Source: an uncultured delta proteobacterium (GTDB lineage Bacteria > Desulfobacterota > Binatia > Binatales > Binataceae). Taken from it: a stretch of DNA of 64,000 nucleotides. Made by a program: the position numbers and the translations under genes. Position 1 is the stretch's first letter; each line of letters begins with the position of its first letter. The notes beneath the pieces were generated by a model, which searched no databases, was not told where the DNA came from, and worked only from the letters and a program-made list of their open reading frames with translations. The stretch is taken from NCBI GenBank assembly GCA_963808235.1, contig CAWEEQ010000004.1, forward strand, positions 3,584,001-3,648,000. Reading direction: 5' to 3'. Shown here in pieces: positions 1-9,539 of this stretch.

Positions 1-3000
1 ACTCGCACCGTCGCCCGACCAGGCGCGGCAAATCAAGCGCGACCTTGTCTCGATTCTGACCGAAGTCGGCGAGGCGACCGGTGATTTCAGCAGCATGACC
101 GCACGCGCGCTGCAGATCTGCGAGGAAACCGCGACCAATCGCGAGCTGGTCGAAGTGCGCGACCTTCTGCGCTGGCTCATTCACGGCGGCTTCGTCTTTC
201 TCGGCTATCGTCGTTACCTGGTGGGCGATCGTGACGGCCAGATGAAGTTGGATCTCGATGCGGGCAGCGAACTCGGCATCATGCGCGAGTATGACGAGTC
301 GCGGTTTCGCAGCCACGTCGCGCTCGACGAGCTCTCGCCCGCCCGCCGCAAGCTTTTCTTCGAGGGTCCGCCGCTCGTAATCGGGAAGACTCGCGCCGAG
401 TCGCATGTGCATCGCCGGCGCCCGATGGACAGTGTCTCGATTCGCCGCACTGAATCCTCGGGGCGGATCGTCGCCTTCGACAATTTCATCGGCCTGTTTA
501 CTTCCAAAGCCTACGCCGAAGAGGCGCAACACATTCCGGTTCTGCGCGCGAAGCTGCGTGAAGTGCTCGCCGCGGAGGGCGCCGCCGCCGGCTCGCACGA
601 CTACAAGGAAATCGTCTCCGCGTTCAACAGTTTCCCCAAGGACGAATTGTTTCGCGCCACGCTGCCCGAGCTGCGCGCGCAGCTCCGCCTGATGCTCGAC
701 GTGAAGAGCGAGGCATCGGTGCGGCTCGCCGTCACCCCCGATATGCGCCACGGCAACGTGATCGCGCTGGTAATGATGCCGCGCGAGGCGTTCTCCGCCG
801 AAGTGCGCCACCGCATCCAGGACACTCTCGCCGCGGGTCTGCACGGCACGCTCGTCTACTACTATCTCGCGCTCGGCGAGGGCTATTCCGCGCACCTCCA
901 TTTCTGTTTCTTCGCCGAACCGCCTAAAGCGTCGGTGGTCCGCGAACTCGAAGCGTCGATCGTCGAGATCGCCCGGCGCTGGGAAGATCGTTTGCACGAG
1001 AAGTTGATCGATAAATTCGGAGCCAAACGCGGGCGTGCGCTCGCACAAAAATGGGCCGGCGCATTCAGCGCTGAGTACCAGGCCGCAATCGACGTGACTC
1101 GCGCGGTCGGCGATATCGAGGACGTCGAAGCGCTCATCTCGAGCGGCCCCGACTTTATCGTCGAGGCCGGGAACACCCAGCCCGCAGGCGCAAGCCAGAC
1201 AAGCAGCGCAAGCCAGATAAGAATGATCGGCCTCGGCGACGCTCCGATGCTCTCTGACCTGATACCGACCCTCCAGAACTTCGGCGTCAGCGTGCTCGCC
1301 GAAGCCGCGCACGAACTCCGGCCCGGCGGCACCGGTAACCCGCTTCGCGCATATCTGCAGGCTTTCTCCGTGCAGGGTCCGTTCATGCAGCCGTTCGAGA
1401 AGTTTCCCGGCGCGGGACTGCTCGCCGACGCGATTGTTGCGGTGCGAAGCGGCCTCGCCGCCGACGACTCGCTGAATGCGCTCACTCTTTCCGCCGGCCT
1501 CGCATGGCGCGAGGTCGCGCTCCTTCGATGCTACCTGGTCGTCGCTTTCCAGATGCGTCTGGCGCCCGCGCGCCTTGCCCTGCAGCGCGTTCTGCTGATT
1601 TATCCCGAGTTCGCGCGGCTGCTATTCGATCTCTTCACCGCGCGCCTCTCATTCGACAGCCCCGCTTCTCCCGAAAAGATTGCCGAGCTCCACGACGCCT
1701 GCATCGCGCGTCTAGCTGCGATCGATAACATCGTCGACGATCGAACCGCGCGCGCTTTGCTTTCGATTGTCGAGGCTACCGTGCGCACCAATTTTTTCTG
1801 CGCGGTGCCCGCTCCCGATCCGTACATCGCGCTCAAGTTCGAAAGCGCGCGCATCGCGGGCCTTCGCGATACCGCGCCGCTCTACGAAATCCACGTGAAC
1901 AGCCCGCGGATGGAAGGATGCCACCTGCGCCACGGCAAAATCGCGCGCGGCGGTATTCGTTTCAGCGATCGCCCGGACGACTACCGCACCGAGATTCTGG
2001 ATCTGATGAAAACCCAGACCGTGAAGAACGCGGTCATCGTTCCATTCGGTTCCAAGGGCGGATTCATCGTCAAGCCGCGTCCCGGCCGGCCGCCCGAACC
2101 GAAAGACGGCGTTGATGCATACAAGACGCTGATCAATGCGATGCTCGATCTGACCGACAATCTTACCGAGGCCGGCGTTGTTCATCCCGAGCGAGTCCGG
2201 GTGCTCGATAACGACGGCGCGTATCTCGTGGTCGCCGCCGACAAGGGCACCGCGAGCTTTTCCGATCTCGCAAATCAGATCGCGCTCGAGCGCCACTTCT
2301 GGCTTGGCGACGCGTTCGCGTCGGGCGGCGAGCATGGCTACGACCACAAGAAGATGGCGATCACGGCGCGCGGCGCATGGGAATCCGCGCGCCGCCATCT
2401 GCGCGAGATGGGCCGCGATCCCGACCATGGCGCTCCCATTACGATGTTCGGAATCGGCGACATGTCGGGCGACGTGTTCGGCAACGGTCTGCTCCGTTCG
2501 CGCAACCTGAAATTAATCGCCGCGTTCGACCATCGCCATATCTTCATCGACCCGAATCCGGATCCCGAAACCAGCTTCAATGAGCGCAAACGGCTCTATG
2601 AGCTGCCGAGCTCGACTTGGGCAAACTACAACCCCGCGCTGATCAGCGCAGGCGGCGGCGTTTTCCCGCGCGGTCAGAAGCGAATCGAGTTGAGTGCCGC
2701 GGCGCGCGCCGCGCTCGGATGCGACTTCGACGCCGCCGACGGCGAGTCGATTGTCCAGGCGATTCTGCGCGCGCCGGTCGATCTCTTCTACAACGGCGGC
2801 ATCGGCACCTACGTCCGCGCAAGCACGGAGACCGACGCCAACGTCGGCGATCACGCCAATGACGCATGCCGGATTACGGCGGCGGAACTCCGCGCCAAGG
2901 TCGTCGTCGAGGGCGGCAATCTCGGCTTCACCCAGCACGCGCGCATCGAGTACGCACTCGCCGGCGGCAGGATCAACACCGACGCGATCGACAATTCGGC

Positions 3001-4345
3001 CGGCGTCGATATGTCCGATCATGAAGTCAATCTCAAAATTCTGCTCGAGCCCGTCGTCGCTCGCGGCGAGCTTAGCTTCGAAGCTCGCAACCACGCGCTC
3101 GCCCAATGCGCCAGCGAAGTCGCCGACACCGTCATCGCCGACAATCGCGATCAAGTGCTCTCGCTGAGCCTCGAACAGCTCCGCAGCCGCGCCCACGTGC
3201 TCGATTTTCGCGATCATCTGCAAGCCATCACCGAGCGCGGCTTCGTGCCGCCAGGCGAAAGCGTGCTGCCCACGCGCGAACTTCTTCGCGACCGCCGCGC
3301 ACGTTTCGCCGGGCTCACTCGCCCCGAGCTGGCGCTCGTCAGCGCCTACACCAAGATCGATCTGATCGAACGGCTGGAAGCTTCTACGCTGGTCGAGGAC
3401 ACCTATCTCGTTGGCCGCTTTCTGCGTCCCTATTTTCCAAAACTGATGGCCGAGCGCTTCGGCGCGGACATCGGTGCTCATCGATTGCGCCACGAGTTGA
3501 TTGCGACGCGCGCCGTCAACGAGCTTGTCGATCTCGCGGGTTCGACATTCGTCTTCAACTTTCTGCGCGATCGCGGCGTCGCCGCCGAAGATGCCGTCCG
3601 CGCCTGGGTGATCGCAACCGATGTTCTCTCGATTCACGAGCGCGCCGCCGACTTGAAGCGCAACAGTTCGAATATCGCCGCGGATCTGGAGCTCGGCGCG
3701 TTCCTCGCTCTCGAACGCGCATGCCGCAGCGCTGCCCGGTGGGCGCTCGCCGAATTGGAGCCCGCCACTTCGATCGGCGCCGCGGTGACTCGTTTCAAGC
3801 CGGCTTTCGAAGTGCTGTGCGAGGAGTTCGAATCGATGCTCGCGGCGTCGGAGCGCGACCGGCTCGAGCGCGTCTATCGCGATCTGCGCGCCAACGTCGC
3901 CGACGGCGAGCTCGCGCATGGACTCGCGCGCCTCGGTTTCGCCGATAACCTGTTGAGCGTTCTCAGTTTGAGTTTTTCGCGCGAAGCCGAACCCGCCAAA
4001 ACCGCCGAAGCTTACTTCGGACTTGGCGCGCATCTCAACTTTGCGTTTCTTGAAGAGGCGCTGAGTTCGATCGGCGCCGGCGAAGATCGATGGGAGCGCC
4101 GCGCCGCAAGCGAGCTCGCCGCTGAGCTTCGCGCCGCGCGCCTCGCCCTATGCTGCGCCGTCCTGGACGGCGCCGCCGAGACGCATTCCGATGTCACCGT
4201 TTCGATCGAGCATTTGAAGCACAGCCGCGAGAGTCGCTTCGTCGACGTCGCTCGACTCTTTGCCGAGCTCAAGACCGTTCAGCCACCGAGCCTGCCCGCC
4301 ATTCAAGTCACGATTCGCGCCCTCTCCCGCCTCGCCTCCCCGTAA
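1..4345 (+). CDS. gdhB: Large NAD-specific glutamate dehydrogenase (5' end outside window)
   Basis: Motifs ARGGIRFSDR, VKNAVIVPFGSKGGF, YLVVAADKGTA, GDAFASGG, GIGDMSGDVFGNG, INTDAIDNSAGVD; frame is open from base 2. Confidence 0.95.
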   Translation, partial: LAPSPDQARQIKRDLVSILTEVGEATGDFSSMTARALQICEETATNRELVEVRDLLRWLIHGGFVFLGYRRYLVGDRDGQMKLDLDAGSELGIMREYDESRFRSHVALDELSPARRKLFFEGPPLVIGKTRAESHVHRRRPMDSVSIRRTESSGRIVAFDNFIGLFTSKAYAEEAQHIPVLRAKLREVLAAEGAAAGSHDYKEIVSAFNSFPKDELFRATLPELRAQLRLMLDVKSEASVRLAVTPDMRHGNVIALVMMPREAFSAEVRHRIQDTLAAGLHGTLVYYYLALGEGYSAHLHFCFFAEPPKASVVRELEASIVEIARRWEDRLHEKLIDKFGAKRGRALAQKWAGAFSAEYQAAIDVTRAVGDIEDVEALISSGPDFIVEAGNTQPAGASQTSSASQIRMIGLGDAPMLSDLIPTLQNFGVSVLAEAAHELRPGGTGNPLRAYLQAFSVQGPFMQPFEKFPGAGLLADAIVAVRSGLAADDSLNALTLSAGLAWREVALLRCYLVVAFQMRLAPARLALQRVLLIYPEFARLLFDLFTARLSFDSPASPEKIAELHDACIARLAAIDNIVDDRTARALLSIVEATVRTNFFCAVPAPDPYIALKFESARIAGLRDTAPLYEIHVNSPRMEGCHLRHGKIARGGIRFSDRPDDYRTEILDLMKTQTVKNAVIVPFGSKGGFIVKPRPGRPPEPKDGVDAYKTLINAMLDLTDNLTEAGVVHPERVRVLDNDGAYLVVAADKGTASFSDLANQIALERHFWLGDAFASGGEHGYDHKKMAITARGAWESARRHLREMGRDPDHGAPITMFGIGDMSGDVFGNGLLRSRNLKLIAAFDHRHIFIDPNPDPETSFNERKRLYELPSSTWANYNPALISAGGGVFPRGQKRIELSAAARAALGCDFDAADGESIVQAILRAPVDLFYNGGIGTYVRASTETDANVGDHANDACRITAAELRAKVVVEGGNLGFTQHARIEYALAGGRINTDAIDNSAGVDMSDHEVNLKILLEPVVARGELSFEARNHALAQCASEVADTVIADNRDQVLSLSLEQLRSRAHVLDFRDHLQAITERGFVPPGESVLPTRELLRDRRARFAGLTRPELALVSAYTKIDLIERLEASTLVEDTYLVGRFLRPYFPKLMAERFGADIGAHRLRHELIATRAVNELVDLAGSTFVFNFLRDRGVAAEDAVRAWVIATDVLSIHERAADLKRNSSNIAADLELGAFLALERACRSAARWALAELEPATSIGAAVTRFKPAFEVLCEEFESMLAASERDRLERVYRDLRANVADGELAHGLARLGFADNLLSVLSLSFSREAEPAKTAEAYFGLGAHLNFAFLEEALSSIGAGEDRWERRAASELAAELRAARLALCCAVLDGAAETHSDVTVSIEHLKHSRESRFVDVARLFAELKTVQPPSLPAIQVTIRALSRLASP

Positions 4346-4353
4346 ATAGCATT

Positions 4354-4595
4354 GCCTCTCCCTCACAGGAGAGCTTTGCACAACAGTGCGTTAGGGCTCG
4401 AGCTATGCGCTGGCGCGGTCTTTTTTTGTGTCATTCCGAGCGAAGCCGAGGAACCCCGGATCTTTCTCCGCGCAAAACACTTCGACTCCGCTGAGGGCAC
4501 GCGGAGCTGAGCTACTCCGAATTCAACATGCGGTTACGCGCAGCTCTCCTCACAGGGAAGGCCGACGCGAAGCGGCGGGTGAGGGTCCAAATTCA
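4354..4595. repeat. REP-like hairpin element (CCTCTCCCT..AGGGAAGG..GGGTGAGGG family) interrupted by a MITE
   Basis: Removing 4369-4555 restores gcctctccct-cac-agggaagg...gcgggtgagggtccaaattc, which matches the intact copy at 8175-8236. Confidence 0.75.
4369..4548. mobile_element. 180-bp non-autonomous MITE with imperfect TIRs and target-site duplication
   Basis: Ends are GAGAGCTTTGCACAAC and GTTACGCGCAGCTCTC; flanking direct repeat CTCACAG at 4362-4368 and 4549-4555; about 120 bp recur inverted at 27567-27690. Confidence 0.7.
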
Positions 4596-4618
4596 GATTC
4601 TTCTTCTCGGAGTCCCGC

Positions 4619-5614
4619 TCACAGAGCGGCTTCAGAGAGCCGCGCGGTCGGCTGCATCGCGGCCGCCGCGTTCGCCTCGGTACGCTCCGCCACCTGCCAT
4701 CCCGTCAAGTCCTGGTAGAGCCGGAGTCCTGCCGCGACCAGGAATACGAGGGTCGCAAAATTCACGCTGAGCTCCGCGAGATCGACCAGGAAGAATGTAG
4801 TCCCAAGAAATCCCGTCACCACTCCCACCGGCCCGAACAGCAGGCTCACTACCACGAAGGTACCCGCCGCCCACGAGTTGAATCCCGACCATACCGCGAG
4901 GAATACCACGATCCGCGTCGCGACTTTGAAGAACCGCTTCCGCATCAGATCGCGGCTGAACAGCAGCGCATGCCAGCTATGCTTCCCGCCAAAGATCAAC
5001 GCGAACTGCGCGAAGTACAGCCACACGTAAATCAACGCGCCGACGATGATCATCATCACCAGCACGATGTACATCAACACGCCCATCGAACTAGCCAAGT
5101 AAGACACCGCGCCCTGGAATAGGATCAGTCCGAACGCCGGCGCCAGCAATTGCAGAAAAGTCACCCAGATAAATGCCGGCGCGATCTGAATCGATCGCCG
5201 ATAAACCTCGATTGCCTCCCCGACTACTCCCGGTTTGCGCGTGCCCGTTTGGATTCTGTTGAGTGAGCACAGCGTGACCAGCGTCACCAGCAGCGTCAGC
5301 AGGCCGACTATCCAATGCAGCCCGGTTGTGATCCACGGCGAAAACGGCTGCGGCTCCGCGCGCTTGTCCGGCACCATCGGAGTCTGCGCCGGTTGCACAT
5401 AGCTGATATTTTGCGCGCTCGGCTCGAACGTCGCCGCCAGCCGGGATTGCAGATTCAGCGCGTCCGGCAGCAGGCACAACGACGCCGCCAACACCATCGG
5501 CGCCAGCACCACCGCCAGCACCGACCAGTTCCCGCGCAAGTCGTTCACCGCATTTGCGAGATAGATGAAACTGCTTTTGAGACGAACCGGCCCCACGACG
5601 TACGAGGTTTGCAT
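4619..5614 (-). CDS. Hypothetical integral membrane protein
   Basis: 331-aa ORF with about 6 hydrophobic segments. Confidence 0.8.
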   Translation of the reverse strand: MQTSYVVGPVRLKSSFIYLANAVNDLRGNWSVLAVVLAPMVLAASLCLLPDALNLQSRLAATFEPSAQNISYVQPAQTPMVPDKRAEPQPFSPWITTGLHWIVGLLTLLVTLVTLCSLNRIQTGTRKPGVVGEAIEVYRRSIQIAPAFIWVTFLQLLAPAFGLILFQGAVSYLASSMGVLMYIVLVMMIIVGALIYVWLYFAQFALIFGGKHSWHALLFSRDLMRKRFFKVATRIVVFLAVWSGFNSWAAGTFVVVSLLFGPVGVVTGFLGTTFFLVDLAELSVNFATLVFLVAAGLRLYQDLTGWQVAERTEANAAAAMQPTARLSEAAL

Positions 5615-5669
5615 CCCACGCCCGCCGAGACAAGTCCGCGCGTCTCCCCATTACCTCCTGCCCCGCCGA

Positions 5670-5678
5670 TGATATAAT
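5670..5678 (+). promoter_or_regulatory. Extended -10 promoter element (TGATATAAT)
   Basis: Perfect TGnTATAAT about 35 nt before the ATG at 5714, with a GGAG RBS in between. Confidence 0.55.
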
Positions 5679-5713
5679 CAGGTTCCGCATTCGCCCTTTA
5701 CGGAGTATTCATC

Positions 5714-5965
5714 ATGGCCGACGACGATCGCGCATTGAAAATCGAGCATGAGAACAAGCTGATACGCCGGCTCCGCTTCCTCGTCGAACTCACCTTCGCG
5801 ACTATCGCGCAGGATAACGACCTCACTCTCGATCAGGCCTGGGAACACGTGCTCGCACTCAAGGGTGCCGCGGTCGCAATGTTTCCCGGCAAGGAAGACA
5901 CCTTCGATCTCCTCTACCTGCCGCGCTTCTCGCGTCTGCTCGCAGAGCGCTTCGGCGCGAACTGA
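5714..5965 (+). CDS. Small conserved hypothetical protein (83 aa, helical)
   Basis: RBS GGAG, typical codon usage, FPGKEDTFDLLYLPRF motif. Confidence 0.8.
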   Translation: MADDDRALKIEHENKLIRRLRFLVELTFATIAQDNDLTLDQAWEHVLALKGAAVAMFPGKEDTFDLLYLPRFSRLLAERFGAN

Positions 5966-5982
5966 TCGGCGCCGCAATCTGG

Positions 5983-7113
5983 ATGAATCAGCGTAGCGCA
6001 AGACTGTCGGGCCGGATTGCGATGCCCGATGGTTCGCTGCTGCACGGTCATCTCGACTTCACCGATCGAATCACTTCGCTCCAGCCCTCGTCCGCTGTCG
6101 GCGACGATTACATACTGCCCGGTTTCATCGATCTCCAGGTCAATGGCTCGCATGGAATCGACGTGATGACCGCGACGCCCGACAGTCTCCAAGCCCTCGC
6201 CCGCCAACTCGCGCGCGAAGGCACCACCGCATGGCTGCCGACCGCGGTTACCGCCCCAATCGAAAAAATCTCGCGCGTGCATCGCTCGATCTCTGACGCG
6301 ATGAAAGTTTCTTCGCCCGATTCCTCCCGCGGCTACGCGTCGATTCTCGGGATGCATCTCGAAGGCCCGTTTATCTCACCGCTCCGCCTGGGCGCTCATC
6401 CTCCGCTCAATCTCGAACCGCGCGGCGAAGCTCTCGACGCGATCCTCGGTATGGATTCTCTTCGACTGATAACCCTGGCGCCCGAGTTAGCAGGCGCGAT
6501 CGCCGCGATCGATCGCCTCACCTCGCGCGGCGTGGTCGTCTCTATCGGTCACACCAACGCAACTCTCGAGGAAGCGAACGCCGGCATCGCCGCCGGCGCC
6601 CGGATGTTCACCCACCTCTTCAATGCGATGCGCCCGCTGAATCATCGCGATCCCGGCGTCATCGCCGCGTCCCTCGCGCCCAGCCGCGCGCTTGCCGCGA
6701 TCATTCCCGACGGAGTCCACGTCCATCCGTCGATTCTCGATCTCGCATTTCGCGCCCGCGGCAGAGACGGGATGCTCCTCGTTACCGATAAGGTCGTCCT
6801 CGCCGGCACCGCGAATCGATCTGATCTCAGCGTCGGCCGCGCGACCGCGTCGATCCGCGACGGCGCCGTGCGACTCGCCGACGGCACGCTCGCCGGCAGC
6901 ATCATCTCGATGCTCGACGGCGTCCGCCTGATGGTCGAAAAGACCAGCGCCACCGTTGGCGACGCGGCCGTGATGGCCTCCACCAATCCCGCGATCCTGC
7001 TCGGCGCCTCCGATCGCGGCCGCCTCCAGCAGGACGCACGCGCCGATTTGATCGTGCTCACCCCGGCGCTAGAGTTGAAATCGGTATTCATAGCCGGCCG
7101 CGAGCTCGTCTGA
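5983..7113 (+). CDS. nagA: N-acetylglucosamine-6-phosphate deacetylase
   Basis: PGFIDLQVNG, HLEGPF, GHTNA, THLFNAM, DGVHVHP, GTLAGS. Confidence 0.95.
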   Translation: MNQRSARLSGRIAMPDGSLLHGHLDFTDRITSLQPSSAVGDDYILPGFIDLQVNGSHGIDVMTATPDSLQALARQLAREGTTAWLPTAVTAPIEKISRVHRSISDAMKVSSPDSSRGYASILGMHLEGPFISPLRLGAHPPLNLEPRGEALDAILGMDSLRLITLAPELAGAIAAIDRLTSRGVVVSIGHTNATLEEANAGIAAGARMFTHLFNAMRPLNHRDPGVIAASLAPSRALAAIIPDGVHVHPSILDLAFRARGRDGMLLVTDKVVLAGTANRSDLSVGRATASIRDGAVRLADGTLAGSIISMLDGVRLMVEKTSATVGDAAVMASTNPAILLGASDRGRLQQDARADLIVLTPALELKSVFIAGRELV

Positions 7114-7169
7114 ACACCCTCTGCCAGCGTGTTAAAAAACACAGAACAAATGCGACCTGTACGATTGTT

Positions 7170-7206
7170 CCCCTTCCCTCAAGGGAAGGGGTTAGGGGTT
7201 AGGTTA
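7170..7206. repeat. REP-like hairpin (CCCCTTCCCT-CA-AGGGAAGGGG-TTAGGGGTTAGG)
   Basis: Perfect 10-bp intergenic stem; same family as 4354, 8175 and 31922. Confidence 0.7.
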
Positions 7207-7282
7207 GCGTACCGCAGTCGAAAATTATTTCTCGCACAACAAAAGTGAAAGCCAAAATTCAACCACTTCGGAGCACTAATCG

Positions 7283-8134
7283 ATGCCACTGAACAAATCT
7301 TGCGTGGGCAAGGAGTACCCGCCCGTCACCACCGAAGTCACTCTCGACGCGATTCAGAAATACGCGCGCGCCTACAACGACGACAACCCAGCTTTCTTCG
7401 ACGCGACCCGCGCCGGCGCTATCGTCGCGCCCCCGATGTTCGCCGTCGTCGTAACCTGGAACGCCCTGATGACCGCCGTCATGGATCCCAACGTGCAAGC
7501 CGATTTGCTGCGCCTCGTACACGGCGAACAAGACATGGAATTCTTGAGCCCGATTCGTCCCGGCGATGTCATCAGCGCAGCCGCAAAGATCATCTCGATC
7601 GAGACCAAGGCGAGCGGCGAGACGATGACCGTCGAGCTCGTCGCGACCAATCAGAAGGGCCAGCGCGTCAATAAAACTCTCTTCAGTGCCTTCATCAGAG
7701 GCGGCCGCAACCGTGACGCGGCTGCTGCCGAACGCGTCGTCGAGCCCGCGCGCGGAGAACCCGACTTCACCGTCGAGCAAACTATCGACAAAGATCAGAC
7801 GTATCGCTATGCCGAGGCGTCCGGCGATCGCAATCCCATCCACGTCGATGAGAACATCGCAAAGATGGCCGGCCTCCCGGGTATCATCGTGCACGGACTC
7901 TGCACGATGGCCTTCACGTCGAAGGTCGCTATCGACAAGCTATGCAACGGCGACCCGACCCGGCTGAAGCACTTGCGCGTGCGCTTCTCGCGCCCCGTGC
8001 TCCCCGGTCAAACGATCACCACCAAAGTCTGGCACGACGCCGACAAATCAGGACGCAAGGTGTTCGCCTTCGAAACCTTCAATCCCAGCGGCCAGGCCGT
8101 AATCAAGGCCGGCCTCGCCGAGATATCATCGTAG
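7283..8134 (+). CDS. MaoC-family double hot-dog (R)-enoyl-CoA hydratase/dehydratase
   Basis: LVHGEQ and YAEASGDRNPIH...HGLCT hydratase-2 motifs. Confidence 0.9.
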   Translation: MPLNKSCVGKEYPPVTTEVTLDAIQKYARAYNDDNPAFFDATRAGAIVAPPMFAVVVTWNALMTAVMDPNVQADLLRLVHGEQDMEFLSPIRPGDVISAAAKIISIETKASGETMTVELVATNQKGQRVNKTLFSAFIRGGRNRDAAAAERVVEPARGEPDFTVEQTIDKDQTYRYAEASGDRNPIHVDENIAKMAGLPGIIVHGLCTMAFTSKVAIDKLCNGDPTRLKHLRVRFSRPVLPGQTITTKVWHDADKSGRKVFAFETFNPSGQAVIKAGLAEISS

Positions 8135-8154
8135 TCGCGAGATATCATCGTAGT
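8119..8154 (+). repeat. 17-bp direct duplication of the gene end including the stop codon
   Basis: CGAGATATCATCGTAGT at 8119-8135 and 8138-8154. Confidence 0.85.
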
Positions 8155-8174
8155 GGAATGATTGCTGGAATTTT

Positions 8175-8236
8175 GCCTCTCCCTGACAGGGAGAGGTCAC
8201 GACTTGTCTTCAAGGCGCGGGTGAGGGTCCGAATTC
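8175..8236. repeat. REP-like hairpin element, intact copy
   Basis: CCTCTCCCT-GAC-AGGGAGAGG ... GCGGGTGAGGGTCCGAATTC. Confidence 0.7.
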
Positions 8237-8258
8237 CAAAATCCTACTCGCTGAAAAG

Positions 8259-9539
8259 ATGAAGATCACCATCGGCCTCTCGCTTTCCCTCAGCGGCGAA
8301 TACGCCGCGATGGGACTCGACGCCGAAGCCGCCATCCGCCTGTTCATCGCCGACGCGAACGCCAGCAACGCACTTCGCGTCGGCGGCGAGCGATGCGAAT
8401 TCGCGCTCGAATGCCACGACGACGCGAGCGATCCTGCGCGATGCGCCGACATCTATCGCTCGCTATGCTCCGACGCCCGCGCCGCCATCATCTTCAGCCC
8501 CTACTCAAGCCGCCTCGCGCGCGTCGCCGCACCCATCGTCGAGGATCGCGGCCGCCTCTTCGTCAATCACGGCGGCGCCGACGACGAACTCTACGCACGC
8601 GGCTACAGGCTAATCGTCGGAATACTCAGTCCCGCAAGTGACTATATGCGCGGATTCGTAAATCTGCTCAGCCAGCTCAAGCTATGGCGCAAGCGGGTCG
8701 CGATCGTCACCTCAAAATCCAGCTTCGCGCGCGCGGTCGCATCCGGCCTCGAGCGCGCCGCCGAGGAACGCACCGCGCGCCGCCGCGGCGTTCGCATCCG
8801 CGTGAAATGGAACGGCGCCTTCGATCCCGACGCCACCTCACGCCAACTGTTCCCGGCTCTCGTGCGCAACCGCGTCAACGCACTCGCCAGCGCGGGCAGT
8901 TATGAACACGACCTCCGCGTGATCCGCGCGATCGCCTCATCAACCCTCGATATCCCGGTTCTCGGATGCGTCGCGGCAGGCGTGCGCCGATTCGGGATGG
9001 ATCTGGGCGAAATCGCCGAAGGAATCGTCGGCCCCTCGCAATGGGAAAGCAGCATCGGAGAAAACCTCGATGCCGTTCCCGCGCTGGGACCCACGCCAAA
9101 CGAATTTGTCCGCCGGATGCGCAATGCCGGCGCCAACGAACCCCCAGATTATCCGAGCGCGCAAATCTATGCCGCCGGCCTGCTCACCGCCGCCGCGCTC
9201 GCGTCCGCCGCGAGTCTCGACGCTAACCAGCTCCGCGCCGCATTTTCCGATCTGCGCACGACCACCATGTTCGGCGATTTCTCGATCGATCGCGTCACTG
9301 GCCGCCAGGTCGGCCACAATATGCTGCTCGTGCAATGGCATCGCGGGCGCAAAGTGATCATCCAGCCCGAGTCGCACATCGATACCGGTTCGCTCGATTT
9401 TCCTTCCGGATGGCAGTTGCTGCTTGCGGGCGCTGACCTCCTCCGCTTAAGTCGGCGTGACGAGTTCGATGAAACATCCGAAGAAACATCCAAAGACAAA
9501 AAAGAAGCTCGCGACAAAGACCAGGACGATCAAGATTAG
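8259..9539 (+). CDS. Branched-chain amino-acid-type solute-binding-fold protein lacking a signal peptide
   Basis: IGLSLSLSG, DDASDP, FSPYSS, TTTMFGDF..D..G.Q, LLVQW; in-frame stop 25 codons upstream with no start in between. Confidence 0.85.
   Translation: MKITIGLSLSLSGEYAAMGLDAEAAIRLFIADANASNALRVGGERCEFALECHDDASDPARCADIYRSLCSDARAAIIFSPYSSRLARVAAPIVEDRGRLFVNHGGADDELYARGYRLIVGILSPASDYMRGFVNLLSQLKLWRKRVAIVTSKSSFARAVASGLERAAEERTARRRGVRIRVKWNGAFDPDATSRQLFPALVRNRVNALASAGSYEHDLRVIRAIASSTLDIPVLGCVAAGVRRFGMDLGEIAEGIVGPSQWESSIGENLDAVPALGPTPNEFVRRMRNAGANEPPDYPSAQIYAAGLLTAAALASAASLDANQLRAAFSDLRTTTMFGDFSIDRVTGRQVGHNMLLVQWHRGRKVIIQPESHIDTGSLDFPSGWQLLLAGADLLRLSRRDEFDETSEETSKDKKEARDKDQDDQD

Noticed and set aside
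2513-4033. Long antisense and alternate-frame ORFs (e.g. 506 aa here, 17751-18857, 58512-59852)
   Set aside because: Shadow ORFs expected at high GC opposite well-supported genes; no family motifs.
7124-7142. IS-like end CAGCGTGTTAAAAAAC
   Set aside because: No partner inverted repeat, TSD or transposase found.
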